A stretch of DNA of 64,000 nt from a virus: the IMG/VR virus record IMGVR_UViG_3300020048_000017, positions 1-64,000 of that record; one strand, 5' to 3'. The position numbers and the translations under genes were made by a program. Positions 28,077 to 37,804 of the stretch are shown here, one piece after another. The notes beneath the pieces are model-generated. The model was not told the origin of the DNA. It worked only from the letters and a program-made list of their open reading frames with translations, and made no database searches. Each line of letters opens with the position of its first letter. Positions within the stretch are counted from its first letter, which is position 1.

Positions 28077-28237
28077 GGTTACTATACCACACCTTTTGTG
28101 GAAGTCAAGAGCTTTTTGCATTAAATTTTGAAATGTTCAAGAGAACAAAATGCCCCAAAAACAAAGCCCCGCTTTCGCGAGGCCCGTTTCACCTATTTGC
28201 AGTAGGATTTTTACCTGTCAGCAATGTGCTCCCTAAA

Positions 28238-28558
28238 TTAATCACCCCCACCGCATGAGCCCGAATCACTAGACCCAGAGTCATAGCTTCCCGAATCGTG
28301 GGAGCTTGAACCGTAGTCGTAGCTAGGAGTGGGGTCGTGCCTAGAAGGCTCCGAATGGGTATCATGAGCCCTTACTTCCTGAGCCCTTACTTCCTGATCG
28401 TGAGCGATACGATTAAATTCATTGGTTAGAATTACCGTATTAGTCACCGCTTCAACCAGTTCATCAACGTCCGGTCCACCATAATAGCCGCGAGGAGATC
28501 GGGGCATTCTGGATTGAGGTTTTTCTTTCTTTCCGAAGATTCGTTTTAATATCGTCAT
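28238..28558 (-). CDS. hypothetical protein with Ser/Asp/Gly low-complexity tail
   Basis: SSSHDSGSYDSGSSDSGSCGGGD. Confidence 0.65.
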   Translation of the reverse strand: MTILKRIFGKKEKPQSRMPRSPRGYYGGPDVDELVEAVTNTVILTNEFNRIAHDQEVRAQEVRAHDTHSEPSRHDPTPSYDYGSSSHDSGSYDSGSSDSGSCGGGD

Positions 28559-28587
28559 AGGGAACTATACTACAGATTTTGATTTTG

Positions 28588-28968
28588 TCAAGAGAAAGTT
28601 CTTTCAACAGCTCCTTCTACCACACCTTTATGTCTGGGCAGAATCGTGAAATCGGGGGCCTTTAAATCCAAATTAAAAACCTCCTTAATCTCTTTTGCAC
28701 TGAGGAAGTGGAGAGACGAGAGAACAGCTCTGATAAAAGGCTCGTATTTTGAATCAGTCTCTTCTATATTTCTTTGAATATTAAGGAGGAAAACTCGGCA
28801 GCGAAAAGGTTTGCTTTCAATCAGCCTTTCGATAATTCCCGATAGAATAGAGAAGATATCGCTAATGTTTGCGGGCTCGTAGCCGTCAGCCCTAAGGATC
28901 TTGTGGAGGTCTTCAATAAGGTCACCCTCTTTATACCAACGTTTCGAATAAAGAAATAGATTGTTCAT
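28588..28968 (-). CDS. hypothetical protein
   Basis: leaderless promoter unit. Confidence 0.6.
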   Translation of the reverse strand: MNNLFLYSKRWYKEGDLIEDLHKILRADGYEPANISDIFSILSGIIERLIESKPFRCRVFLLNIQRNIEETDSKYEPFIRAVLSSLHFLSAKEIKEVFNLDLKAPDFTILPRHKGVVEGAVERTFS

Positions 28969-29069
28969 TCCGCACTATACAAGATGTTTTGAATTTGTCA
29001 AGGACTTTTGTTTTGAATTGTTCATAAGAACATTGGCCGCCACGAAAAAAGCCCCGAAGGGCTTTAGTC

Positions 29070-29615
29070 TTAAACGAATGGATAGTTATCCTTTCTAGGG
29101 ACTGCCGGTTTCTCACCGAACTTGATTGTAGTCTTACACCGGAGGTACCTTCTGCTCGACCCTTTCTGAATCTTGTTGTGCATCGCCATCGTGATATCGT
29201 GAGAGCGGCAGGAGCAATGATAGGTAACCCTTGAGGTAGTTCGTGCTTTGGGTAGCGCAACCGAATGGCACCTTTGAGCCTTCACTTCGAAGTCCCGCAT
29301 GATACGCTTCCAGTATTGACCGTGGGGAGGGTTTCTCTTGCGATCCCTTGGATACGTAGGGTGATTGTATTGCACAAGGTGGGCAACTTCGTGAGGGACG
29401 GTGTGGTCGAATAAGTGGTCCCATCCACCCTCGACTTGAAGAGCCGTCAGGTTGAAACGCAATTCATTTGTGTGTGAGTTCGCGGTCCCCATCGTGGTTC
29501 CTTTAAGATCGAAACGAATCGTGGGGTTAAGTCTAACCCCGTGGATTTCCTCCGCTTTCTGGAGGTAGATTTTAACACGGGTGAGGATTTGGTTTTTGGC
29601 GTCAGTTATTGTCAT
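29070..29615 (-). CDS. sprT: SprT-like zinc metalloprotease
   Basis: HTVPHEVAHL, PHGQYWKRIM, YHCSC. Confidence 0.88.
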   Translation of the reverse strand: MTITDAKNQILTRVKIYLQKAEEIHGVRLNPTIRFDLKGTTMGTANSHTNELRFNLTALQVEGGWDHLFDHTVPHEVAHLVQYNHPTYPRDRKRNPPHGQYWKRIMRDFEVKAQRCHSVALPKARTTSRVTYHCSCRSHDITMAMHNKIQKGSSRRYLRCKTTIKFGEKPAVPRKDNYPFV

Positions 29616-29620
29616 GCCGA

Positions 29621-29648
29621 ACTATAACACAGTGTTTTTAATTGTCAA
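29621..29648 (-). promoter_or_regulatory. array promoter (sprT)
   Basis: TTGACA-16 nt-TATAGT-5 nt-ATG; box 25 nt upstream at 29674. Confidence 0.8.
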
Positions 29649-30080
29649 GAGGTTTTTTGATTTGAATTCAAAATGTTCATAAGAACAAATCGGCCACATG
29701 AAAAAAGACCGAACGAATCGGCCTTTCTCCTGAGGAATCTTACCCCGTCGTCCTTATAGGTTTTGGCTTTCACCTTCCCAGTGATTTCTGGGAGTCGGTT
29801 TCCACTTCCTACAACTCTTTCTCGCATTAGGGCTAAAAGCTTTAGGTTCGCTTTCTGTCGTTCACCCTTGATTACTTCCATGGGCTAATCATACCAGCCA
29901 GCTTTTTTTAGGTCGCTCGGTTGACCGTCATCGTGTAAAGCCCGACTAAACTTCTATTTAAGCACTAGATACTGATTTACTTACCTACTCTTTGACTAGA
30001 GTGTAGCAACAAATTCTAAGTCGCATCTCCGTTTCCTCTCTCACCAATAATTGGCCACTTATAATGAGAGTCTAGAAAGT

Positions 30081-30362
30081 TTAAAGATTATTTAGCAGAT
30101 GGCTGATAGTAGTTTCTACCCCTTGTGCATACTCGTAAGACCCAATTGCAATTCCCGCACAAGCATGAGCGAGAATAAGTGATTCGATTCCGTCAATAGC
30201 GCGGTTGAAAGCTACATCTTCTTCATCCATTTCCAAAACCCTAAGGTTTGAAGAGATCGAACCCGAAGGTCCGTCAGGAGTGCTTTTAACGAAGACTTGG
30301 ATTCCGTGGGGCAGGTTGAATGATTTCATTTGTGAATGTAACACAGGATTTGGTTTTGTCAA
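30081..30362 (-). CDS. hypothetical protein
   Basis: ORF; true start may be ~30347. Confidence 0.55.
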   Translation of the reverse strand: MTKPNPVLHSQMKSFNLPHGIQVFVKSTPDGPSGSISSNLRVLEMDEEDVAFNRAIDGIESLILAHACAGIAIGSYEYAQGVETTISHLLNNL

Positions 30363-30368
30363 GAGATT

Positions 30369-30578
30369 TTATCCAATAAAGTTTCCATACTCGTCAACGA
30401 TTGGAAAGTCTTCGAAAAGAGGAAATCCGTTAGAATAATTTTTTCCCGTAGCCATAGACACGTTAACCCTAGCCTCTACCCCGTGCAAGTCACTACCTAA
30501 AAGCTCGACTTCTATGGTAGCGCTGTATTTCTCTAGCAGGGACTTTAGCTCTTCGTTAAACTCGTTGAATTTTTCCAT
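30369..30578 (-). CDS. hypothetical protein
   Basis: leaderless ATG 30578. Confidence 0.6.
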   Translation of the reverse strand: MEKFNEFNEELKSLLEKYSATIEVELLGSDLHGVEARVNVSMATGKNYSNGFPLFEDFPIVDEYGNFIG

Positions 30579-30790
30579 GTTATTACTATAGCACAATGAT
30601 TTTAATTGTCAAGCTCTTTTTTCTTCGGGCGAAAAGATAATTCTTTTCGGTTCAAATGAACATCCTCGGTATATTAAAAATCCGCTGGAGAGAATGCACC
30701 CGATTAATGCACTCCTACAACGGACTTCTAACGGCTATTCAATGAGAGGGAACCGTTCGACACGACCTCTGCCGATATCTCTATTCGGAT

Positions 30791-31000
30791 CTAGCTGCCA
30801 AATTCTTCAAGGGATTCTACTACGTCCCAAGGCCAAAGACCAAAATGCCCTTTTGCGTCTTCAAATCTATCATCGTCGTGACAACCTGAAAATCCCGCTC
30901 CTAAAGGGCTATCTCCCAATACCAAGTCTTTGACTATCATGTCAACCCCATCTTCTGTAACGACGTATCGGGTATTAGGTTTGATTTCAATTGGTTCCAT
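30791..31000 (-). CDS. hypothetical protein
   Basis: 69-aa ORF. Confidence 0.55.
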   Translation of the reverse strand: MEPIEIKPNTRYVVTEDGVDMIVKDLVLGDSPLGAGFSGCHDDDRFEDAKGHFGLWPWDVVESLEEFGS

Positions 31001-31081
31001 CGGTCACTTAAGGTCTCTGAGTTTTTGATTGTAATCTGTTTTTACTTTTCTCCAAGATGTTTCCAAAGCTTCCCTTTGTGA

Positions 31082-31198
31082 TTTGACAGAATCAAGGGCG
31101 ACTCTTACTTAAAAGAATTAGATAAATGTGACTTACTTTGTATGAATTGTCACATGGAAGAACACTATCTCCACTTAGATAAGCCCGACAGGAATTGA
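31082..31198 (+). pseudogene. HNH endonuclease C-terminal remnant
   Basis: startless frame reading ...KELDKCDLLCMNCHMEEH, directly after a TGA, next to the tRNA cluster. Confidence 0.5.
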
Positions 31199-31252
31199 AC
31201 CTGCAACCCTTCGATTATGAGTCGAGCGCACTAACCCTTGTGCTACAGGCTC
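31180..31252 (-). tRNA. tRNA-Ile2/Met (CAT)
   Basis: full cloverleaf; CGACTCATAATCG anticodon arm typical of lysidine tRNA-Ile2. Confidence 0.85.
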
Positions 31253-31262
31253 TTATAAAAAA

Positions 31263-31350
31263 TGGTCCCTTGAGCGGGACTCGAACCCGCACGGTCGCAA
31301 TGACCAGCGGATTTTAAGTCCGCAGCGTCTACCAATTCCGCCACCAAGGG
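31263..31350 (-). tRNA. tRNA-Leu (TAA)
   Basis: cloverleaf with long variable arm, CTTAAAA loop, encoded CCA. Confidence 0.92.
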
Positions 31351-31354
31351 AAAA

Positions 31355-31428
31355 CGAGACGCGAGGGATTCGAACCCGTCAACCTACGGATTAGAAATCC
31401 GTTGCTCATCCATTTGAGCTTCCGCCTC
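31355..31428 (-). tRNA. tRNA-Arg (TCT)
   Basis: ACGGA-TTTCTAA-TCCGT arm; slightly imperfect acceptor and T stems. Confidence 0.82.
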
Positions 31429-31452
31429 AAAAATTGTTACACCACTAAAGGC

Positions 31453-31746
31453 TTATTCGGAAAGCCATTGCGCCATTTCGAGGAACGTGTCGAATTCGCA
31501 GACTTTGAAACCCCTGTTATCAAGATCTGCTAGGGCGTCCGATAAGTGAATTTTTGTCCCATACCAACTATTACCATTAGTCATGTTACTTAATAAATAA
31601 GGAATGTAAACTGTGTGTCCGTCAGCACACTTACCTTTCATCACAAACCCCGATCCTTCCCCATGTTTAATTCCGTAGAATTTGCGGACATCAGCTTCTG
31701 AAGGTCTGAATTCGTCAGATGCTTTGTTTAGGACTAAATTTCTCAT
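31453..31746 (-). CDS. hypothetical protein, KFYG paralog family
   Basis: KFYG...GF...TNGNSW...EFDTFLEMAQWLSE. Confidence 0.7.
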   Translation of the reverse strand: MRNLVLNKASDEFRPSEADVRKFYGIKHGEGSGFVMKGKCADGHTVYIPYLLSNMTNGNSWYGTKIHLSDALADLDNRGFKVCEFDTFLEMAQWLSE

Positions 31747-31775
31747 AAGTAATTATAATCTATAAATGGGATTTG

Positions 31776-32081
31776 TCAAGCTTTATCTTCGATGAGCCAT
31801 CGGCCTAACTCTTTAAAAGTTTCGAATTCAAAGATCTCGAAATTGCCGTCAATTTTCTGGAAAAGACCTTCGAGGGTGGGCGAATGGAATTGATCCCAAC
31901 AGTTGCCCTTAGTCAAAGCTTCGGTGATCAAGGCTTTGTAATCGCCATCTTGATGGGAGGTCCTTGTAACGAAACCCTTATCGTTAAAAGTTGTATGTCT
32001 AACTCCGTAAAATTTTTCTTCATCCGCCTCATTAGATGTGAAAACGAGAGCTTCGGGCTTTTGTTGAACGAGTTTTTTCAT
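31776..32081 (-). CDS. hypothetical protein, KFYG paralog family
   Basis: KFYG...KGF...LTKGNCW...EFETFKELGRWLIE. Confidence 0.7.
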   Translation of the reverse strand: MKKLVQQKPEALVFTSNEADEEKFYGVRHTTFNDKGFVTRTSHQDGDYKALITEALTKGNCWDQFHSPTLEGLFQKIDGNFEIFEFETFKELGRWLIEDKA

Positions 32082-32602
32082 AATTGATTATAGCGCAGAT
32101 TTTAGATTTGTCAAGGACTATTCTGCGAGCCAGAGAAAAAGTTCTTTATAAGTATCGAACTGAAAGATTTCGAAATCCACCCCAGCCTTTCGAATCAATT
32201 CTTTTAAAGACTTGTCTGCAAAGCCGTAAGAGTCGCCCTTGTGAAATGTATTTGCAGGGACAATTTTGTAAATACCATCGAAAAGCTTCTCTTTTAAAAT
32301 TGTGCCTTTCCGCCCGTCTTCTCGAAGAGTTCCGTAAAAAGACCGTTCGGAAACTTCGTCGAGAGAAAATGTATTCTGATCAATTGCTGGTTGGTATCAT
32401 TTCATACAGCTACTATATCACAGCTTCAAGAAATGTTAAGCCGAAATTTTCCAAAGAGTTTTTGTTCAAATGAACTCAGCGAGGGCTTTAGCCTTTAAGA
32501 ATGAACGATTTCGTGATAGTCATTAATAGAACAAGAATCAGATTTCATCCATTCGATAATTGCCTGAGCCGCCACTTCTGAAGGAAATCCTTTAAGGACT
32601 TC

Positions 32603-32881
32603 TCAGAGAGTATCATGGTCAGTTTTGAAAGGGTTTTCGGTTTGAACCCAGATTCCTTCCTTTACGGATTCTTTAAAAAAATCCATATCGGTAAAATCCT
32701 GAACATTTTCTCCGCTCTCATCAAGAAACGTGACTGACCCATCTTCCAACTTGAGACAATATCTCTCGCCGTAACCTTGCTCTGAGGGACCCTCTTTCCT
32801 TACACGCCTCGGAAAGGGTCCGTCTTTATGGATATAGAATTTAGCGGGGCTCATAAATTGATCTAGTTCTGGTTCTTTCAT
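32603..32881 (-). CDS. hypothetical protein
   Basis: coupled ORF. Confidence 0.55.
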   Translation of the reverse strand: MKEPELDQFMSPAKFYIHKDGPFPRRVRKEGPSEQGYGERYCLKLEDGSVTFLDESGENVQDFTDMDFFKESVKEGIWVQTENPFKTDHDTL

Positions 32882-33171
32882 AGGATATTTTTCAGCTCTT
32901 TCTTAAACTCGTCAAAGGTGACGAATAGCATGGTGTTTGAGTCGATGATTCGCCACTTCTGGCTAATTGTGTTGAAGATCTCTTTGAGTTTTTCGTCTGG
33001 ATCTGGGGCCGCGTTTACTAAAGTAAGTTCGTGACGATAGTGGACTCCCACCCCTCCTGACAAAACGTATTCCCACTTGCCATAACTAGCGTGAGAACTT
33101 GGAACTATGTTTTCAACGGTGAAGATTTCCTGACCGTAAAAGCTGCTTTTAACTTTGTCCCCAATTTTCAT
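32878..33171 (-). CDS. hypothetical protein
   Basis: leaderless promoter unit. Confidence 0.6.
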   Translation of the reverse strand: MKIGDKVKSSFYGQEIFTVENIVPSSHASYGKWEYVLSGGVGVHYRHELTLVNAAPDPDEKLKEIFNTISQKWRIIDSNTMLFVTFDEFKKELKNIL

Positions 33172-33276
33172 ACCGAACTATAACACCTCTTCAAGAAAAG
33201 TCAAGTAGTTTTTATTTGGCCGCTAGTTTGTTCAGTAGAACATTTTGTTCATTTGAACCAGCCGCCCCTTTCGGGA

Positions 33277-33471
33277 TTATTCAATTTCGATTCCGTTGCG
33301 CTCTAGGAGATAGTGTCTATAAAAGTCCCTGTCCAAATATTGTAAATTGGGAATCTCTTCTGTGACCCTATACAATTCCCATTCCAGAGATGCTACGATC
33401 ATTACATGAGTGAGTTCTTCATCGTCCCAAATTTCGTAATAGTTATCGGATTCTTTTTTCGCCATTTGCAT
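33277..33471 (-). CDS. hypothetical protein
   Basis: leaderless promoter unit. Confidence 0.55.
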   Translation of the reverse strand: MQMAKKESDNYYEIWDDEELTHVMIVASLEWELYRVTEEIPNLQYLDRDFYRHYLLERNGIEIE

Positions 33472-33500
33472 AACGCACTATACCTCACTATTTAATTTTG

Positions 33501-33818
33501 TCAAGGAAAAATATTACCGATTGGAAATTCGAACAACTGACCTGAAAGTTCTGGAACGTAACTTTTCCTCCCCCTGTTGTGATTGCACTTTCTGCAAGCG
33601 ACTCCTAAATTGGATAAATCCAGACAGCTCCCTTTTGCGCCACCTTCCGCAAGCGGGACGATATGTTCTAGGGTAGGGTATCTTTCGTTACCTTCGTTGT
33701 GGTCTGAGGTGTCGTCTAGTTCTACCCCGCACCACATACAGGTCCAATCAACCTGCTTTTTTAATGCCCTCATGATCCGTCTTCTTTTTTCGGAGGTGGG
33801 TCGTTTGTGACTGCTCAT
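33501..33818 (-). CDS. HNH endonuclease
   Basis: CMWCG...TLEHIVPLAEGG...NLGVACRKCNHNRG. Confidence 0.88.
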   Translation of the reverse strand: MSSHKRPTSEKRRRIMRALKKQVDWTCMWCGVELDDTSDHNEGNERYPTLEHIVPLAEGGAKGSCLDLSNLGVACRKCNHNRGRKSYVPELSGQLFEFPIGNIFP

Positions 33819-34040
33819 TCAAGAATATCTCACACTATTAAAAATAGTCAAGTTCTTTTTCAACCTCTTTTTTAAAACACTTAGTCGCCTTTTCCCAGTA
33901 TGGTTCTTTACCATCGGGCCAAATGAAAATTTCATCGGGCTTTACGTTTATGACAGAGGTCTCTTCGAAATCATATCCCTTGTCAACAAATATAATGTCG
34001 CCTTGATTAAAATCTTCCTCACATAGATAGCCGCGCATTT

Positions 34041-34337
34041 TCATAGCTGGTTCAACTTATCACAAATCTCTTGCGCCATTTCTGGCATTGTCAACACAAA
34101 TCTTTCTCCATCGGAGTGTCTGATTCTGACTAGGCCCATTACATGCTCACCTAGTTGCCAAGGAACTTCTCTTACTCTTTCGTATAGGTAGAAAAGGTTT
34201 CTTCCCGCGCAACCCTCTTGGCCTTGAACGTCTACTTTCAAACCCCTTGGTGCAAAGCTTTTAACTGTGGCATAGCAGCCTTTATATTCTCCCCATGTCA
34301 CTTGCACGGTTTGTCCTGTTTTGAATTTGGGGCTCAT
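34041..34337 (-). CDS. hypothetical protein (KOW-like N terminus)
   Basis: FKTGQTVQVTWGEYKG. Confidence 0.5.
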   Translation of the reverse strand: MSPKFKTGQTVQVTWGEYKGCYATVKSFAPRGLKVDVQGQEGCAGRNLFYLYERVREVPWQLGEHVMGLVRIRHSDGERFVLTMPEMAQEICDKLNQL

Positions 34338-34408
34338 AGAATTGAAATAATTAGAAAGGAAAGCAAGAGTATCAAAAACAGAATGAAAGTTTGAAACTTA
34401 TTCATTAG

Positions 34409-34511
34409 TATAGTGGTAAAAGTAGACCGAAAAACGGGGCTAAATGTATAACTAGTTTATTTTGAAGCAGTTAACTTTTTAGAGATTTGTCTTCCCTATA
34501 GTGGTAAAAGT
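34409..34511. repeat. 15-bp direct repeat TATAGTGGTAAAAGT x2
   Basis: 34409-34423 and 34497-34511 in an intergenic gap. Confidence 0.75.
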
Positions 34512-34513
34512 TA

Positions 34514-34735
34514 CTAAAGGTCGCGGGAATTACTTTCTTTTTGCAAGCAATGACAATCAGGATCGTGGACTGCTACTGACGATCGACCGCTACCAAACTG
34601 TAAATAAGAATGCCCATTATAAGTAAATGGATAAACGCTTCTTGAGATTTCTCCTGTTGTAACTCCCTCTCGTTCAACGCATGACGACAAAATACTAACC
34701 GTAAACAATAGAATAAGCGCGAGAAGTGATTTCAT
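34514..34735 (-). CDS. putative lipoprotein
   Basis: LSSC lipobox; ends TAG followed immediately by TAA. Confidence 0.6.
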   Translation of the reverse strand: MKSLLALILLFTVSILSSCVEREGVTTGEISRSVYPFTYNGHSYLQFGSGRSSVAVHDPDCHCLQKESNSRDL

Positions 34736-35142
34736 TTTAATTGCAATTTGAAAGTGTTTTTAGATAGATGTGTTAATAATTTGGCGTGCCCCATTCATAC
34801 CCCCACCTTCCCCTTTTGTCAACTCTTTTCTTCTTATATCTCTTTAGTATGGTCTGGTGGTAGAGATAGAGAGTCTTATGCTTTTTCGTTATAGATCGTT
34901 CGTTTTAAACCATTTTCGGCATAATCTAACGTCTTCAAAATTAAGCACTTATGACTTTATCCGTTTCTTGCTACAATAGATCGTTTCTGAGAGGGTTTTG
35001 TCCTCTAGGGTGTCGAGATACCCTTTTGCCTTTCAAACGTCTCAGGGCTCAAATGGTAGAGAGCAAACGCTATTCACTGATTCCCCTTGGATTCACCGCC
35101 AATCAGGGTTTAGTTCCCCGTCAATGGTTATTAAAAACATCT

Positions 35143-36000
35143 TCAATCAGATAGCCCCGATTCTTCCCATGCTAGTTCTAATCTTTGAACAAGAAAGCTC
35201 TTGAGGCATTCTGGGTTGTCTTCTGTAAACTCTTCTCTTGAGGCTTTGCATAACTCTTTTAGAAAGTCACTGATTGCAAATTTGTGATTGCCCTGTTTGA
35301 CGATTTTTCGGCAAGCCCAAGGTAGTATGAATTTATTAAAGATTTTCATGAATTTAATTGTTCGATTCTAGATGTATTTAACGCCCCTGACTGACGCCAT
35401 GTAGTATTTTTCCTTAATGATCTTTTCGGCTTTGTTGTGGTTGCCTTTTTCATTGACTCCGTGTTCGACCTTTACAAAAACCGTTTCCTCTCGCGTTACC
35501 CAGAAACCTGTTTCCTCATTAAAGAAATCAAATTTTACTAGATAGCCTTCATCAAAAGTTTTCATAGAAATGTCGGTAGGCTTTTAATAACCTTGAGGTT
35601 GTCGGATTGAACGTATTCTTGGTAAAGGTTCCACCACTTGAGGTCTGTTTTAGAAACGATTAAAGACAATTCGTTCCTCTTTTCGAAAAGATCATCAAAC
35701 CAAATGTTGTTAGGGCTGTAGCCAAAATTGTTGTCGATTTCTTCCTGTAGTTTGATTTCAAACCTTTTTAATTGTAGTCGTCTTTTTAGGGTTTCCATAA
35801 CTCTTCAAAATGTTCTACTTCTTTTTGAAGCGACCACATTCTATCTAAATAACCCTGATAGATTGCCTTGATAACAATGTAAACTTCTGGATAAGTGTCT
35901 GATTCGCAATCGGCGATAATTTCCACTAATTCCTCTTCGCTACAGCCAGCGGCGATTATACGAAATTCGTCTAGCCCATCAGGATTTTCCATGTTTTAAT
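35143..36000 (-). CDS. four short hypothetical ORFs (35143-35349, 35368-35565, 35562-35798, 35786-35992)
   Basis: contiguous or overlapping ORFs. Confidence 0.55.
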
Positions 36001-36021
36001 AAACCACAGTTTTTTGATTTG

Positions 36022-36363
36022 TCAAACGTTTTCTGGAATGAATTTTTGTGCCCATTCTTGTTTTTTAAGATGTTCTTGAACCTCTGTGTAAGTAATTTCA
36101 GACGCTTTATTTGGGGCAAAATTTAGGAAAGACCTTCCCCATTCGTTTTCGTCTTTGATTTTCCAAAGGGTTCTTTCATTCACGCACTCTATAACGGTTA
36201 CCATACGACAGGTGAATAACTGGTCGGCAAAATTTGCTCTAGTGTATTGAGCCGCTAAACAACCGCATTCGTAAGACGAATGAAATTCGCCCATGTTAAC
36301 CTTTTTGTCTAAAGGTTGGGCAAAAATAAATTCAATAAACTCTTGAGTAGTTACAATTCTCAT
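36022..36363 (-). CDS. hypothetical protein, paralog of 36630-36977
   Basis: FIFAQP...MGE...CGCL...TYTEVQEHLKKQEWA. Confidence 0.7.
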   Translation of the reverse strand: MRIVTTQEFIEFIFAQPLDKKVNMGEFHSSYECGCLAAQYTRANFADQLFTCRMVTVIECVNERTLWKIKDENEWGRSFLNFAPNKASEITYTEVQEHLKKQEWAQKFIPENV

Positions 36364-36608
36364 TCGTCGAGATTTTTAGACTCCCAGTATTCTCGAAAAC
36401 TCCTAAGTTCCGCGAGTTCGTCGATCAGTTTGATAAGACCTCCGATAGCATTGCTAAGTCTCGCTTTATCAGAAACCTCAGGACCGATGAGTGAAAGGTA
36501 ATTAAAAACCGCCGTGACGCCCATGCAGCAAAAGCATTCGATATGACAACCTACGGCGCTTTCCTCGCAAGATTTTCCGTCTTTGTGATCAGGATGTTCG
36601 CACTTCAT
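36360..36608 (-). CDS. hypothetical Cys-rich protein
   Basis: CEHPDH...GCHIECFCC. Confidence 0.55.
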   Translation of the reverse strand: MKCEHPDHKDGKSCEESAVGCHIECFCCMGVTAVFNYLSLIGPEVSDKARLSNAIGGLIKLIDELAELRSFREYWESKNLDE

Positions 36609-36629
36609 AATTAACTATAGCACCTCTTT

Positions 36630-36977
36630 TTAATTTGTCAAGTTTTTTTTTGGAATAAAAGATTTTGCCCACCCTTGAGTTTTAAGAAACTCCTGAATCT
36701 CCCCGTAAGTCCTGACGCTAGAAAGATTTCCGGAAGGGACGAAGTCGAAAAAACTCTCTCCTTCCAGAGTCATCAAAGTTTCACCTTTTGAGTTTTCCAC
36801 TACATTCATTCCGCACCCTAAGGCTATTTTAGCTACTTGGAAAAGTTTCTCGCGGACATATTGAACCCCGATACACCCGCACTTATCGGAAAAGTAATTC
36901 TCTCCCATTTTCACTTCTTTTTCGGCGGGTTGGTTGAAGATGAATGAAATAAGATCTTGTTTTGTAATTTTTCTCAT
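36630..36977 (-). CDS. hypothetical protein, paralog of 36022-36363
   Basis: FIFNQP...MGE...CGCI...TYGEIQEFLKTQGWA. Confidence 0.7.
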   Translation of the reverse strand: MRKITKQDLISFIFNQPAEKEVKMGENYFSDKCGCIGVQYVREKLFQVAKIALGCGMNVVENSKGETLMTLEGESFFDFVPSGNLSSVRTYGEIQEFLKTQGWAKSFIPKKNLTN

Positions 36978-37014
36978 GACTGATTATACTTCGGTTTCTG
37001 GATTTGACAAGGGT

Positions 37015-37368
37015 TTAATCTACCCATTTTCCAATGGTTCTCAAGAATGCCTCTGCCCGTTGTTTGGCGGTTGCGCGGATGTAGCTATCTTTTCCCATGT
37101 CGCCGGAAACTAGGCGGTTCAGAAGGTCGGCGTAGTCCCAAAAACGCCACGTGCAGAAAACCTCTTCGGCCACGTGCATCGCGTTCAGGTCGTTGCAATA
37201 GTTGGGGATCGCTTCGAATATTTGCCGCTCAATACATTCAGGATTATTTGGAATGCCTACAAAATAACGAGTATTAGGCCCGTCCCAATTTAGCCACTCC
37301 TCTTTAATTTGTGTCCATCCCAGAATTTCCGCAATGGCAATATCAATATCAATATCTTGGTTTTCCAT
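37015..37368 (-). CDS. phage ABA-sandwich-like domain protein
   Basis: IAIAEILGW...PNYCNDLNAMH.AEE...ATAKQRAEAFL. Confidence 0.55.
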   Translation of the reverse strand: MENQDIDIDIAIAEILGWTQIKEEWLNWDGPNTRYFVGIPNNPECIERQIFEAIPNYCNDLNAMHVAEEVFCTWRFWDYADLLNRLVSGDMGKDSYIRATAKQRAEAFLRTIGKWVD

Positions 37369-37804
37369 GCAGCACTATAACCCTCTTTTTTAATTTGTCA
37401 AATTGTTTTTATCCAAGAGCTTTTGATATCTTTCGCGCCGTTTTACCACAACAAGAGTCTGGTCAAGCAATGCTATAGAACACTTTATACCTCCTATAAT
37501 ATCGCTCCAAGGAAGATCTGGATGAGCTTCGCGTTTACTGGGCCTATTAAGTTCCCCAGCAGTTGTATGAAGTTCGTGCAAAGACCTTTGAAGCTGTTCG
37601 GAGATTTTCATTTCGTTTCTCCAGACCCTTGAAAAATGTTGCGAAACGCCGCGTTTACGTTGCTCTCAGGAAGTCCCGAAAGTTTGGCCATATCTTCGAT
37701 AGAAATGTTGCTAAGAAGAGCTCTAGCGGCATATACGGCGGTTTTTAATTCAATTGCCGTAAGGTGACTAACAGGGGTTTCGTTTTCGTTTTTAAATGTC
37801 ATAA

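Larger units (their letters stand above)
12959..33259. promoter_or_regulatory. further SOS-type boxes, 1-4 per intergenic spacer
   Basis: perfect copies near 12959, 13317, 13932, 14372, 14398, 14806, 14864, 15641, 16113, 17741, 18124, 18152, 18788, 19208, 19932, 19960, 20644, 21805, 22233, 22281, 23156, 24431, 24734, 26113, 26140, 26950, 26983, 27008, 27706, 28134, 29019, 29674, 33229, plus many with one mismatch. Confidence 0.9.

Noticed and set aside
8667-28190. Integron cassette array (attC)
   Set aside because: Hairpins are short GC terminators with U tracts, lack attC R-box architecture, every unit has its own promoter, and no integrase is in view.
29645-29881. 78-aa CDS as called
   Set aside because: The frame runs through a terminator and a box into the next promoter, so coding status is doubtful.
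8195-33259. CRISPR array
   Set aside because: Repeats are only 14 bp with a variable core and are separated by genes or irregular spacers; no cas genes.
8195-33259. Gram-positive Cheo box or canonical parS
   Set aside because: Cheo box is GAAC-N4-GTTC (opposite half-site order); parS is 16 bp, TGTT-N8-AACA, whereas these are 14 bp.
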